This document shows positions 49,302-63,199 of a stretch of DNA of 64,000 nucleotides, piece after piece; positions within the stretch are counted from its first letter, which is position 1; the number at the start of each line of letters is the position of its first letter. Origin of the DNA: Nageia nagi (Eukaryota > Plantae > Pinophyta); contig JBITNC010000001.1 of assembly GCA_050084985.1 (NCBI GenBank), positions 108,934,001-108,998,000 of the forward strand, read 5' to 3'. The position numbers were made by a program, and so were the translations under genes. The notes under the pieces are model-generated. The model saw only the letters and a list, made by a program, of their open reading frames with translations, did not search any database and was not told where the DNA came from.

Positions 49302-52000
49302 ATGCCACCAAGGAGGATACCAGCTATCTGGAGGAGGCCAATTAGAGAAGAGGTAGGGTTTAAAACCTCTCTTCTTTAATTTTTTTCCTAATTTATCAAT
49401 TTAAGGGTCTAATTTGAAAATATACATCTATAGGAGTTATTATTTTAACATTTAAACATTTTTTAGCAATTTATTTATTTTTTATTTTGGCTTATTTTTA
49501 ATCATTTGGATCCTTCTTGGGAACCTTAACCATAGTTGTCAACTAGAACCAAAGGGTTTCTAGGTTACTGGTATCCAACCAACAGATGTTGAAGACCCTA
49601 CAACTAGGTCACTTGGTCACTAGTGATCAACCTCAAAGTTAATTTTTTTGTATATTTTACACTTAGAAGTAAATTATATTGAGGTTAATTAATTAATTTT
49701 TTTCCTAGGTTCAAGCCATATTTGGTCCTAGGGATTGTTATCCCATGATCCTTTGGGATTGTCATTCTTTTCTTACCTTTCAAAACCACATGTTTCTTCA
49801 AAGTGTAGGTTTTGGAGTTGGACCCTATATGAGTCACATTCATTGGAATTAACCTCTCTTGATGGTCTTACTTGAAAGGTGGGATTCCACCACATCTATC
49901 TTTTATCTCACAATAGGGGAGATGATTATTACTATTTATAAAATCCATCATTTATTCCACTTACCCATCCATGGTTAGCAGATTTAGGACATCATTGATC
50001 AAAATAAGATTCAACAAGTTATTTCTTACTTGTGCAAAGATGAAAAAGTGGATATGATCATGTTTGAGATCAACTTAGGTAGGTTCAAGTATCTATATTA
50101 CTAGCATGAGGATCAACAAAGAAGCATTAGATTCTTATTTTTAATGGGATCAATTTAATGTTATACCTTACTCGACATGACTAGTAGTAGATTTCCTTGG
50201 TCATTGCTTCCCATCGTAGTGGATATTATGCAACACAATATTATCTTCAAATGGGATCCTACTTTTTTAGCAAAGTGTTACAAGGATCTATTCTTCTATT
50301 CTCAAGATCACAAGACCTCACTATCAACTAATGTCACTTTACAAGCATGGGCCTATGTATAGACCCAAAATAATGCATAATTGATAAATTAATGCATTAT
50401 TTTTCTACAATATATTATTGAAGCATATATAAAAAATATGGTATCAAATGAGAAATAATAAATAATATACCTTAATCATAGTCACATGAATATGAAATAA
50501 TGAAAACCATCCATCAATATCCATCATACATGTATGAAGATGCACACCACCAATGACCTAAGGGATGCACATCATTATCTATGTGGATTAGGTAGATCTA
50601 TAGATGGAATAAAAGATATGCAAAAGCAATATGAAGGGTTTAACAAATTTATGCAGAGGTGGTGTTACAAAATACCATTTTTGGTAGGATAAAGTGATCT
50701 TGCATGTATTGAAGTCTCTCTTGATATTTTAGATGCCCTTGCATGATCCTCTTGTGTTACCTTTGATGTGTGTTTATAGCAACATCCTTGTCTTATTTGA
50801 TTCTTGAAATCATTGTACATTACATAGCTTGAGGTAATTTTCTTAATATTTGGGACCTTTTACATTGTACAATGGTCCATTACATTGATTACATTGCATT
50901 GGGTATTATTTTAACCTTTTTTATAATAAATATCATTAAGGTTCTAAGATAAATTATTGAATGAATAATAATTCATTTTTAGGCATCTACACTATGAGCA
51001 TAATATTGTAGCATGCCCTCATGGACTTCTTGTTCCTAATTTTACTACTTATGTAGAGTATTCAACAAGAATTATGATATGGAGGGAGGATTTCTATATC
51101 AACCCTACTAATAGATTTCATTGATATGTGCATTTTTATCGAGATATGCTTAGTTAGCTCATCCATGATCATGTCAAGTTTTATCCATATCGCTTGTATC
51201 TATTATGGGATAAGTTCAAGGCTAAGTTCATAGGAATTCAATAGGCTAGGGTTCTCAATGGGAAATGAACCAATTTTATTGAGTATTTTCATTAACCATG
51301 TTAGGTGATAGTTTGGGCTCATGTAGGATATTCCTCTAGAGCCTATGAGATATTAAAGAGAGGGCACCTTTCTTATAGAGGGTATTGAGCCCTTAGTTTA
51401 TGTTGATCCCTACCTTAAGGGTGATGAGGATATGGATGACGAGTCAAATGCAAATGACATGGGGGTGATAGAGGTTTTTATTACCTAGTGGTAGGCTAAT
51501 TTAGAGGAGGTTGATGAGGGAAATTAGGATTATCAAGTGTAGTAACAAGTATAGGACCCAAGTGTAGGGTTTGGTGTAATGGAGGAGCATGATATTGAGA
51601 TGGGCCTTGTAGAGGACATATCAATGATGGAGGCTCAATATGAGGAGGAGGTTGGTATGGGTGAGAGGGATTCAAAAGAGGAGAGGTAAATCCTCAAGGT
51701 TTATAATTATGATTCATTACTTAGTAAGACTAAGGAGCTCAAGTTTTTACTTAGGTAATCACAATCATTAATAAACTAGTCTTATGAAGATAATATATCT
51801 TTATGTGCATAGCTTTAGTATTTTAGGCACACTAAGGAGGATATGCTTAGGTATATAGTGAAATGGGATAGGTATAGATAGTAAAGGGATATGGCTAAAG
51901 TCATGGTGCAATCATTGCAGTAGTAGGTAGGAGTAGAGGGGCTTATAGCTAGTATGAAGAGGCACTCATCTACTTTTATCCAAGATATATATTAGTAGAG
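49302..52000 (+). pseudogene. PMD (MAIN/MAIL-like) cargo gene, copy 2, degenerate, split by a solo LTR
   Basis: MPPRRIPAIWRRPIREE|GT; LLERWDSTTSIFYLTIGEMIITI (~49868-49936); TLQAWAY|EHNIVACP across the solo LTR; FYRDMLS..VKFYPY; acidic tail. Confidence 0.8.
50358..50991 (-). mobile_element. Solo LTR (family E), 634 bp
   Basis: TATAGACC...CATCTACA with perfect TSD CTATG (50353-50357, 50992-50996); removal restores AWAYEH; homologous to 56157-56561 + 60770-60974. Confidence 0.9.
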
Positions 52001-54019
52001 GTATTACTACCACATGGTGGTTGAGACATGGTTATTGGGTTTTCTAGTGTATGCACATATTTTGGATTATCTTATTCCTCCTTTAGGTTATATTCCTTTA
52101 GACATTCATACACTTCATATTGCTACAACTAGAGGCATAGGGTGGTACCAGTACATCGAGAGGTAGAGGTAGGACTATGACTATTCCTAGTAGGAGTGTC
52201 ACTACTATTTCTTATTACCATATACATGAATCATTAGAGCTTAAATAAATAAGAAGAGAAATGAGTATTGGTATCCCCTTAGTGCAAAGAGGTTAGGAGG
52301 TTGTTAAGACTAGTGGTTAGGGTGTTGGCGAGGGTAGTGAGTATGAGGATGCCCCTAAGGATTGAACATTTAGTATCTTTTTATTATATTATTTTGTTTT
52401 TATACTATTATATCATGTTATAGACTTATATTTGTTTATGTATGGCATATTATATTCATTTTTTTATCATGTTGCCCATGATTGGTTTTATGGGATGGAT
52501 GTCATGGATGACTAGACAATGGACTTTGATGATTATTTTTTTATATATTCATGATGATATATTTGGATACTTATGCTCATGGTTATGATGATATTTTGAT
52601 TAGTTAGTATTTTTATATTATCATGTGTTATTTTATGGATTAATTACTTAGGGTTATGTTTAATTTTAATATTATATTTCATATTGATAGAATATCGAGG
52701 TTAGTTTACATTATGTTGAATGATGATGCTATTTAATGTTTGGATGGATTAATGGTTCCTAATGATGTGATTAGGATGGTAAAAGATATAATATTAAAAA
52801 TTTAATTTTTTATGGACCATTATAATTATTTGTATAGTTTAAGATAATATTTTATTTATAATAGTACAAAATTAGATATCATCATTTTCCATTTCTTGAC
52901 TATTTGTACACATGGTATTAAACATAAATAATGGGATAAAACATATATGTGAAAAAAGTATGGATAGTATGGATGTATGAAACTATGAATGTATACTCAT
53001 GGACAAGTGAATATCAATGAATGGTATAACTATTTGAATACCAAATATAACATCCAAGTAAACTTACCAAGATCATAATAATAATATATATGTATTGTGA
53101 AGTGAAGTGAAATGAATGTATAATATAATAAAGAAGTGTAATGAATAACATATTTCATTTGAACTTCATCTATTAGGGATGATATAAATCAAAGTTAAGA
53201 TACACCCAAGTTTAAATGAACTCATGTATGTGCAATGATGTTCATTTCCTTCTCTTGATGCTTGCAAACTAAATGTTCCAAGAGCATACAATATGTAAGA
53301 TAATTTGTCTATATGAAACATCCAAAGGTCCATCATGGATACTAGACACATCACCACTTCATAAGGTATACTTCACTTTCATACGAGATTCCATAGACCC
53401 AATGAAGACTAACCCCTAGATATCACTACAACCTTGCTCTATTTCTAGTTAGGCATCCATAGCATTGATAGAAGATACTATAATCACCCAAGAATTCTAC
53501 TTTCTTTATTATTTTTCTTTTCTTTTTTCTCTCTTTTTTTATATCTTTTTTGTATCTATATATATTTTCCTTTATATGTTTTTTCTTCCTATCTCTTGGG
53601 TTTGGTATGAAGCAATAATAATAGGATGAATAATCACTCAAAATTATTCTCAAGGAACATCAAATTTTTCATTATTTCAAGATTTAAAGTGTGTAAAAAT
53701 GAATGAGTTCATATCCTAAAAATGTATCAAAGTTATGTTTGTTATCACCCAAAGTTTATGAAACCTTATAGGAGATATTTTGATAAAATAGGATATGAAT
53801 ATTATACCCATAAACTATTTCTGTATTTATATATACAACTATATATATGAATAATATGTGGATATGTGTATATCTTGGTAAATTATTAGGATTATCATAT
53901 TTAACACTTAATAGCTTTACAATGATGGAGGTAATGAACAAGATGATCACATTGGTATGGTATGAACACATAGGGAAGTGCATCCCAATAGCTAGGACAC
54001 TTCATAAAGAACTTTTTGA

Positions 54020-54097
54020 GTGTGTGTGTGTGTGTGTGCGCGTGTGTGTAAACATATATGTACATATATATAATTTTTTGATTTTTTTTAATTATTA

Positions 54098-54128
<31 letters not shown>
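54020..54128. repeat. (GT)n and (TA)n microsatellites
   Basis: GT run 54020-54049; TA run ~54105-54128. Confidence 0.92.
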
Positions 54129-54129
<1 letters not shown>

Positions 54130-56561
54130 CATATTCTTGTTCATAATGAATTCCATGTTGGGTGAGCGATTGTAACAAATAAATATGAGAAATGGGACAA
54201 AAGTGACATCAAGTATGAATAGTATGATCAACAAACCAGTATACATCATGATGAGTGACTAACACTGGAAACATGAAGTCTCAATTAAAAAATATTTACA
54301 ACTATTATGTGAGCTATGATGAGTACATCAAAGGACTCCTAAGGATGTAAGGATGGTGGACCATAAAATTTAATAAGTCTACAAATAAGTGGATTGAAAT
54401 AGGAATTAATCATAATTCTCCATATGAAATATGGCCTAAAAAATAATCAAATGAGATCTTGGAGAAACTCTTGTTTAGATATATTGTAAATAATGCAAGT
54501 TTCTTAACATGGTCTATGGTCAATAGTCATGCTCACCTAAAAGGAATATTTTAGAATTTTATAGGCATAATAATATATATCTAATAGAATCAATAATTCT
54601 ACCATAGATAATATATTATTTTGAACAACATTAGGCAACTCAAAAAAGTGATTTGTATCTACATGTAATGACATGACTTAACTCTCTATATGATCACTCA
54701 AGAATGTATATTATGAATGTGGAATATAAAGGGAAGATAATTCCAATGGAATAGGTGGAGTATAATATGAATAGGATATCTCTTGATTGGTGTACTCAGA
54801 GACACAATTAGGATGACTCATGATGCTTGTGTATGGAATACAACTAGCCACCTATAGCATTATGTGCAAATTTTAGCAATTGCATAAGGACTATAAAGAC
54901 ACAATGTATATAAAAATTTTATTTGCATGAAAATAATTAATAACCATGTAAAGATCAAGTGATATATATACAATAGACATATATATGCAATGCACAAATT
55001 TAAAATATTTTTTTTTATTTTTCATATTTTAAATTTTTTTATGTTTAATCTAATACAGAATGATTTTCAAACCTTGAATGGCATTGGTAAGCAACTTTCT
55101 TACAAATGACCCAATGTACATGATCTAATAATTAATGGTATGGAGGCCTCAAGTGAAGGTGAATAGGACCTTATCCTAGAATGAATGGTTGGGAGTGAAT
55201 GGTATATGAAACAAGTGGTGGAAGTGGTGGTTTAGGTTTTAGCTTAAACTTTTTGATGACTCTCTTAAGTTCCATAGCTAAAGTTAAAGCTTCATTATGT
55301 TTCTCAGGAATCATAAAAAAAGAAAGGTAAGTACATGGGATTCAATGAAACTAGGGGTGGTGGTATTAGCAGTAATGGATAAATCCACAAAAGAAAGTAT
55401 GAGATGAGGCTCCCTATAGTAATACTAGAACTCCTATTTTTTAGCAATATTAGAGCAATATTCCTAGCTAACATTTTTTATTAATTGTCTCTTATCTAAA
55501 TGTTAACTAATTCATTCAAATCACACTTTCACATTCAAAGTATTGTTCAAACAATAATTATTACTAAATAATGAACTATAATTATATACAATTTTATCAT
55601 TTAGAAAGGATGGAGTAAGATATGACAATACTTGATCAGAAACAATTGAAGTCAAAATAAAAGAATATCCTATAAATGTGATATGAACATCTTCAACAAA
55701 TATATCATAATTTTAAGTTTTTCATAAAGGAAAAATATAGATAGAAACCATTGTAATGAACTCATCTTAAATTCTAATTCATCCTATATTTCTTATGCCT
55801 TTACTTTAATTACAACTTTAAACCACTTATTTTGAATTCCCACTGCATTTGATGTATGATTTTAAGTATTTGATGGTTGTAACTAATTACATTTTTGGTA
55901 AATCAAAGAAATGTACCATATTATAGATTTTTTCAAAGTAATCACATGTAAACATTGCCTTTATATCTATCCTTGAAACTTTTACAATGTAGCAAAACTA
56001 AAAAATGTATTGGTTTAGGAACTTCTAACCTTTTGGTTATCAATGTTTTTTCTAAATGATCACAAGAAGAAGAAGGAGAAACTTGAATTTCTTTGAGAAG
56101 ATAATTTATTGATATTTCTCTTAACTCTTCTTCATTTCCTTGGTTTGGAAAAAACTATAGACTCAAATAATGCATACATAATAAATTGATGCACTATTTA
56201 TCTATAATGTATTATTGAAGCATATATCTAAGATATGTCAATAAATGACCATGATAAATGAGGTACCTTCTCTAGATCTACATCTTTTGAAAAACATGAA
56301 TCATAAATCAAACATGATAACTCATTATAATAAATGCACTTAACAATGGTATACGACCACTTTGTTAACTATGTGAAAGACTTAGATCTACAAATGGAAA
56401 TAAATATGTGTGAAATGAGATGAATATTTTAATATATCTATGTAAAGATGGTGTTATGAAACACTATTGTTGGTCATATGGAATAATCTTGCATGTTTTT
56501 TCTCTCTCTTTTGATATATATATTGATTTCTCCCACATGTATCGATTGTGTTGCCTTTGAT

Positions 56562-59500
56562 TGTAATGACTTGCTTGATGATACCATTTGACCTCAAGCA
56601 CTATCGAGGATGTAAATGAAATCACATTTAAACAATTGCTAATGATGATAGATTTCAAGTGGAAATATGTGTTATTTATATCAAGTTGATGCTAGCTTTA
56701 ATATTTATGATGTAGGTGATAGGTTACTGTAAGATGAAAAGAGAAATCAAAGACCTAAGGAACCAAAGTTGAATTGGTGAAGGAATGAAAGGGTAACAGT
56801 GAGGAAATGATTGTGTTGATTCATTAAAAAACCATAATGAACACATAGATCATGTAGCTGCATGATAGAATAATTAGTCAAGAATATTGATGAATATATG
56901 TTTATGGATGTGTGTGTTGAACTAACAATTTACCCTACAGAACAAGGTGACCACCATAAGTAAAATGTATGATTAACTTCCTATTGTGAATTTTTGAAAG
57001 TTGAATTCAAAAAAGAAGGGAAAGGAATATTATTTTGAATTTAAATTTAGGAATATTCTTTCAAATTTGAATTTGTTAGAAAGGTCTAAGGTCACTTTGG
57101 TATGTTACAAGGTATTAATGTTTTATGAAAATAATTGAGTTATGGCCCTACTTATTTTTTTTCTATGTGTTAGGTATGGGACACTAGTTGACATTATTTT
57201 GTTAGTTAATAAAAAAGGTTTCAAATTATTTAATGACACTACAATTATTAACCATTTTATTAAGACTTATAATAAAAAAATATTAAAAATTGAGTAGAAA
57301 TCCATTTTGACATTTGATTTTCCTTACCTATAAATAAAGAATGGAACATTAGAAAAAAAAAAAGATAACACCTATCTATCTATCTCTTATTATTTCATTC
57401 TTGTTATTCTCAAGCTTGGGTGTAGAGTTACATGAAGAAAAGAAGTCTCTCTTATCCCTCCAAGTTTAGGTGCATTCTTTTTACATTTCTAACATGCATA
57501 GTTAGAGTAGTCCTATGTTGATATTATTTAATGAGTTGTATGAAAGGATTTCTTAATAAAGGCTCATGAAATTAATTGTTATACTATTTTAAGGGACATA
57601 TTGAATGTTTTGTTGATATAATGCATGTGAAGGTTGGTAGCTTGTCTTTTCCTTTAAAAGGAAGGGAATGGTATCTTAGTATTTTTTTTTTTACTTTTCC
57701 CTTTTATTTAATTTAATATAAAGTCCTAAGTACAAATTTAGTTTAATCAGTTAATTCTATTATGACTAGTTCTTTACCTTACTTGATTGGATTTTAATAC
57801 CTTCCACATTTGAATTTACTTTTTGGGTGTTTTCTATCTATAGTGTTATTCATGTAATTGTTTTGCCTTGTGGATGTTCTTTAAAAAATATTATATAAAG
57901 TAGATAAAGGTTTTTCATAGCTTTGAAATGAATTTAATGCCAATTGTATTCATATATAACAAGAATCATTTAAATATGTGTTAATTGGTTTAGATATTTC
58001 TCATCACCCACATTACCTTGAATGATGTAGAGGTTTTCACTTTTTGGTGTGTTATTTCCATTGATTCATAGGAAACTCTTTTGGGGATATTACCAATTTA
58101 CTATGTTTGTAGCTATTTTCATAACTTTATAGCTAATGATTATACCAAATGATATCACAAGCCAACCAAATAATGGAAAAGTTAGAAGATTTATTTCAAA
58201 TTCTATAGGTACCCACATAGTTAACTTTCGATCAATGGTGTAATTTTCTTCCCTTCATTCATTACTCATGTGTTACATTGAGACAATTATAGTATATAAT
58301 ATGTGAATGATCTATTTTAGGTTCATCACTTTAATTCTATCTGCTTGTAAGTTAAAGGGATTTAAAATTGATTGCCTAGATTACTTGACCTTCCTTCTTT
58401 ATAATAAACTCAAAGGGATATTAGAATATATCTCTAAGAGCTTAGATTTATAGCATAGGAAAAAAGGAGTTCAAACTAAGAGTTTGTGGCCTTATTGAAC
58501 CAATGAGAAATCATTTCATTCCAAACCCTCCAAAAGAATGAAGGCAAGTAATAATGTTGATTCCTTTTCCTCCTATGAAGTAAAACACAACCTATGCCCT
58601 TGAAACTATCAAATAATTGTATGATTTCATTACCATAGAACCTTTGTATCCCCAACATCTATTTTCAAGAGCTCCTGTGATGCCATATGTAGAAATAAGT
58701 AATTCTTATACTCAAATTAAATTCTTTATTTCCAAACATTGCAAATTAGTGGCATTAATTTTTTTAAAAGATTGTCTTATATTTTAAAATGTCCATGATG
58801 GCATAGGTAATAGGAATAGGGAGAAATTTATATGAAATCTTGATCCCAAATCAACCTAACCTCCTCTTTTCTTGATCAACATTATATAAATCCATTAGAA
58901 GGGAACATGCTACTAGGATCTGGCTAAGAATGCAGATATAGTATAGAATCTAATTGGTGTATGCCATGATGAAATCTTCTTCATTATTCTCACACAACAC
59001 TTAATCCATCTATCATGTTTCCCATTTGATTATAGCATATGATGTTAATAGTTCCTATAAGGTTTTATTATGTAATATTAAGGCATAGTTAGATACATGA
59101 ATGTATACATCAACCAAATAAGCTTGAAATCTATGAATTGTTGGGTGACTAGCTAAAAGCATGTGGTTAGATGTCATTGTGGTGGAATTAATCAATATTA
59201 TTTTGAATACAAATAATATTAATGTATAGATTAAAGAATTAAGTGGATTATTATTTAGAATATTTAGATTGGATTTAGAAATGATATGATTTGTTTTAAA
59301 ATTGTATTATTGGTAAATAAGAGACTTATTTGTATAATCCTATCATTGAGTTTTAAGAAATTTATTTATACATTTCTATTATTGAGTATAAAGAGATTTT
59401 AGTGACTTATATGAATATTTCTTAAAGTTACTTATTTGTGGAAATATTCAAGTAAAATATATATACATTAAATAGTAAGTGCTATTAAAATTGAATTAAG

Positions 59501-60769
59501 AAATATTATAATTAAATTATAAGATGAATGATGGATGTTGGGACCTAAGAAGGGATGTAGTCCATGAAGGATTTAAAATCCTCCTGAGGTCTATAGAAAA
59601 TATGAAATGGAACTCATTTACATAATGGTCAAGTTTGAAATGGATTTTCCTGATCCTCCTCCCTTCTAGTACTCGACCCATACACCATAGGTTTTTGAAT
59701 ATGCTCGATGCTCATAAATTAATGGAAGTTCTTATCGATAATACAAAGGTGAATTACTAGTGCAATAGTATAATATGACATGATGTACTTCATTTTATTA
59801 CATTTCTATTACAAGAAATAATGTATTATGCTCCTTTGTAATTATTATGGTCTATTAAGAAAACATCATTAAATTAGATGTTGAAGAATGACTTTTCACT
59901 AAGCATATTTGATCATCTTGTAGTGGATAAATACTCTTGTATTAACTCATTAAACATTGTTTTGTATTTATGCCTTGTTCGTATGGAAATGAGTAGTACT
60001 TCAACAAATTGGTTTTATTATGTAAATGATTAATAAGTTTCCTTTTTATTGAGAAAAATATTATGATGGTTTTTTATGCTATGATTAGCAATGATTACAT
60101 AATTAGAAGTAGATATTTATTACTCCATGAATATGATTAGTGGGTCATTACAAATTGATTAAGTAAATGATTTTAACAAAACTAATTAAGAAGTAGATTG
60201 ATTGGGTCATTAATTCCAATAAACCCAAAACTATTTGAATGATATAGAAACACTCCTAAATTAGATTTATGGTTCCAAAAGATAATTTAGGATCATTTGG
60301 GAAACTTTAGGGATCCTTAGGACTCAAATGGGTATTAATGGACCTAATGGTAATGAATGGGATCTTTTGAGATTCCATGGAAAATATTAGGGAATGTAAA
60401 TAGTAAAGTTTCTTGCATAAAGCTAAAAATAAGGTTTGAACATAAATGAATGATATTAATTCTTATGGCATGACATATACCCTTTCTCAAGCATATAAGA
60501 GGGTAATGAAGTTCAAATAAAACAAGGGAATGATCATCAAGAGTATATGCTCATAAGCAAGGATAGGAATACCTAGTGAACATACCCTTGTACTTAGAAA
60601 GAAAGGATGAGAATTAATAAATTCTATGAGGTATCAATATTTAATGTATGTGGAATATAATTCTTCTAATAGTAAACCTTGAGATGTCAAAAAATAAATC
60701 AAAGATAAAAAAAAAAAATTGGTCCTCAATTTAAGGTTTTTAGATAGTGAAAGTTTGAGTTGTGCTATA
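56562..60769. mobile_element. 4.2-kb insertion with LTR-like ends (large solo LTR or composite) nested in the family-E LTR
   Basis: TGTAAT...GCTATA termini; TSD ttgat/atgat; CCTATAAATA near 57327; no clear coding domain. Confidence 0.55.
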
Positions 60770-61999
60770 ATGATGTTCTTTTATTGTTACATTTAGATCC
60801 TGTTTGATTCTTAGGATCATTACATATTACATTATTTTTGACATCTCTTTTGATTTTTGACACCTTTACATCATATAATCATCCATTACATTGCCTTTTG
60901 TATATTTTAACCCTCTTTACAACTATTTACAATGAATTATTTAATAAGTAATAATTCATGTTTAGGCATCTACATTTTGTCCCTATTTGTAGGTGTGATT
61001 CAAGAAATGAGATTACATATCCAAAGAAAAAGTATAGAAGAAATTTTTAAAAACTTTTAACTCTTTACCAAACACTACCATTTGATGATGATGATGGTCC
61101 TTTATTGCCCCCTTTTGGCTTGGTTTCCCTAGTAAAGGTTTTGGAGTGGTGCAACTAAGACAAAACCTAAAGAACTATATCTTTTGCCTCTTATGATATT
61201 TCTACCATGGAAGGAGTTCTACTACAAGGTAGTCTTATGGTACCAAATGCAATATTTAAAATAGAAGGGAGTTTTTTTCCCCTTTACACTATTCAACCAT
61301 AAATCTATACATTCCTTTGTCCCTAATACTCAAGAATTTGATGCTCTTACATCCATGACTTGATATAAAAAAATTTTCTTTTATTTTAGCTTTTAGTTTA
61401 TTAACATTCATATTACTGGCTATGTGAAGATAGTATTTTTACATAATTGATAACATTTATTCTCCATAATTTTGTTTCTTTCATTTTATGTAAATTCCTG
61501 TAAAAAGTGTTAGATATACCCTTCATGAAAATATTTTTGATACATAATAAGCTACATCATTGATTTATATTTTAAGTGAGTGAACTCTCACTAGCCATAT
61601 CAATGGTTATTGGTGGTCATATATTTTATGTCTATGACACTGAGACATTATGCTTTGTATGGTTCAAAGCAAAAATCATGTGGATACATAATAAGTTATA
61701 TCATACATAAAGGATGAATCAATGCCCACATCTTGCTTACCACTGCATCACTAATTTATCTTTTAAGTGAGTGAACTCTCACTACTTGTATTGATGGCTA
61801 TTAGTAACTTAGCATTTATTTGTCTATACTATGTAAATTTTATACTTTTTTTAAATGCAATTGGTAGCATACAAATAGTAAATGTACACCATTAGCTACA
61901 TGGGAATAATGAAAGAAAGTACATAAATGAAAATGGAAAATAAAATACATGTAGGTTGTACAAAATATTTGTTATTTTACAAGGTACAAAGATGCTATC

Positions 62000-63110
62000 T
62001 CATGCAAAGAAGCATTTAAGATGCATGGCATTGAAGTTTTTAGTTCTTTTTTTTCCATCCATGGATGATAACTTGTAAGCTCCTAACTCTATTTCTTCAA
62101 CTACAACAAATGGGCCCAACCAATTTGGTTCAAATTTCCCTTTTAATTCATTATTTATAGTTATCTTGTTAATGTTTTCTTTCAGTACCAAGTCTCCCTC
62201 CTTAAATTCTTTTGTTTTGATCTTATTTTCAAATGCCATTTTCAATTTTGCATGATAAGCTTTTTGATGTTCAATTTTTATGATTATTTTCTCATCAAGT
62301 TATTCCAACTGATGCAATCTAGCTTTCTTTACTTCTTCATTTGATATTTCTCCTTGTAATGAAATTTGTAAGGATGGTAACTCCAACTCTAATGGTACTA
62401 TAGCCTCATTTCCATAGACTAATGAAAATGGTGTTTCCCTAGTTGCTATACTAATGTTGGTTCTATATACCCAAAGTGCATAAGGTAACTACTCATACTA
62501 ATTTGCCTTATATCTATCCCAAGTTTTTGATAAAATACACTTGGATTTATTAGATGCTTTCACTTGACCATTTACTTGAGTGTAATAAATTGGAGAAAAT
62601 GTTTGAACATTGTGAAACATTTTACAAAAGGCTTTCATATCTTTACCTTTAAAATTTGGCCCATTATAGTTGATCAACCTTTTTAGCACCCCAAATTTGG
62701 TTATGATATTATCTATCAAAAATGTAATGATTTTTTCTAGTGTAATTGAATTCATTGGAATATCTTCAACCCATTTTGTAGTAAAATCTATATGTAAGAT
62801 AATGAATTTGTGACCTTCCCTTAAATGTGGGTTGATAAGCCCAATCAAATATATGCCCCGTGTTGCAAATAGCCAAGGTGAAATTCTGAAATGTAACTCT
62901 TGAGTTGGTTTTTTCTCCAAATTTGAATGTTTTTGACACTATAAATAAGTTTTAACACAATTCTTATAGTCTTCCTCCATTGTTGGCCAATAGTACCTAA
63001 TTAGTAAAAGATTGGTGTATAATACTTTTGCACAAAAATATTCTTCACACAACCCATCATGTGCTTGTTTTAATATTGTTATTATTTCATGTTATGTTAG
63101 ATTTTCAGCC
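62000..63110 (-). pseudogene. Tat/Ogre integrase relic
   Basis: ORFs 62498..62920 (FTTKWVE..IITKFGV..NGPNF..YYTQVNGQ) and 62000..62245 (FKEGDLVL..GKFEPNWLGPF). Confidence 0.9.
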
Positions 63111-63199
63111 ATAAAAGAAACATATTAGCAAATAGATAAATATTATTAAAAAAATATGTATTCTATTACTTTTTGAAAGACTTCAATTTTTCAATCTAC

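Larger units (their letters stand above)
47100..54000 (-). mobile_element. Family-D element, copy 2: partial 3' LTR (ends 47629), PPT and long 3' region with antisense PMD gene
   Basis: GTCATTTTTGGGTGTCTACA at 47610-47629 is the reverse complement of the 21262 terminus; PPT reverse complement AAAAAGGAGAAAAA is adjacent; 49300-54000 is homologous to inverted 24700-28300. Outer limits approximate. Confidence 0.7.
56157..63110 (-). mobile_element. Family-E Tat/Ogre element: split 3' LTR, 3' UTR and integrase
   Basis: LTR halves 56157-56561 and 60770-60974 match the solo LTR; purine tract (reverse complement AGGGACAAAA) after 60974; integrase at 62000-63110. Confidence 0.75.

Noticed and set aside
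53426-54146. ORFs 53426..53653, 53756..53983 and 53847..54146
   Set aside because: Products of AT-rich low-complexity and microsatellite sequence.
54170-56150. Possible gag or integrase remnants (e.g. SPYEI near 54420; Pro/Lys-rich minus-strand stretch 55200-55320)
   Set aside because: Too decayed to assign by eye.
58476-58658. 60-aa ORF as a host gene or LINE fragment
   Set aside because: No diagnostic motif could be recognised, and the surrounding frames contain stops.
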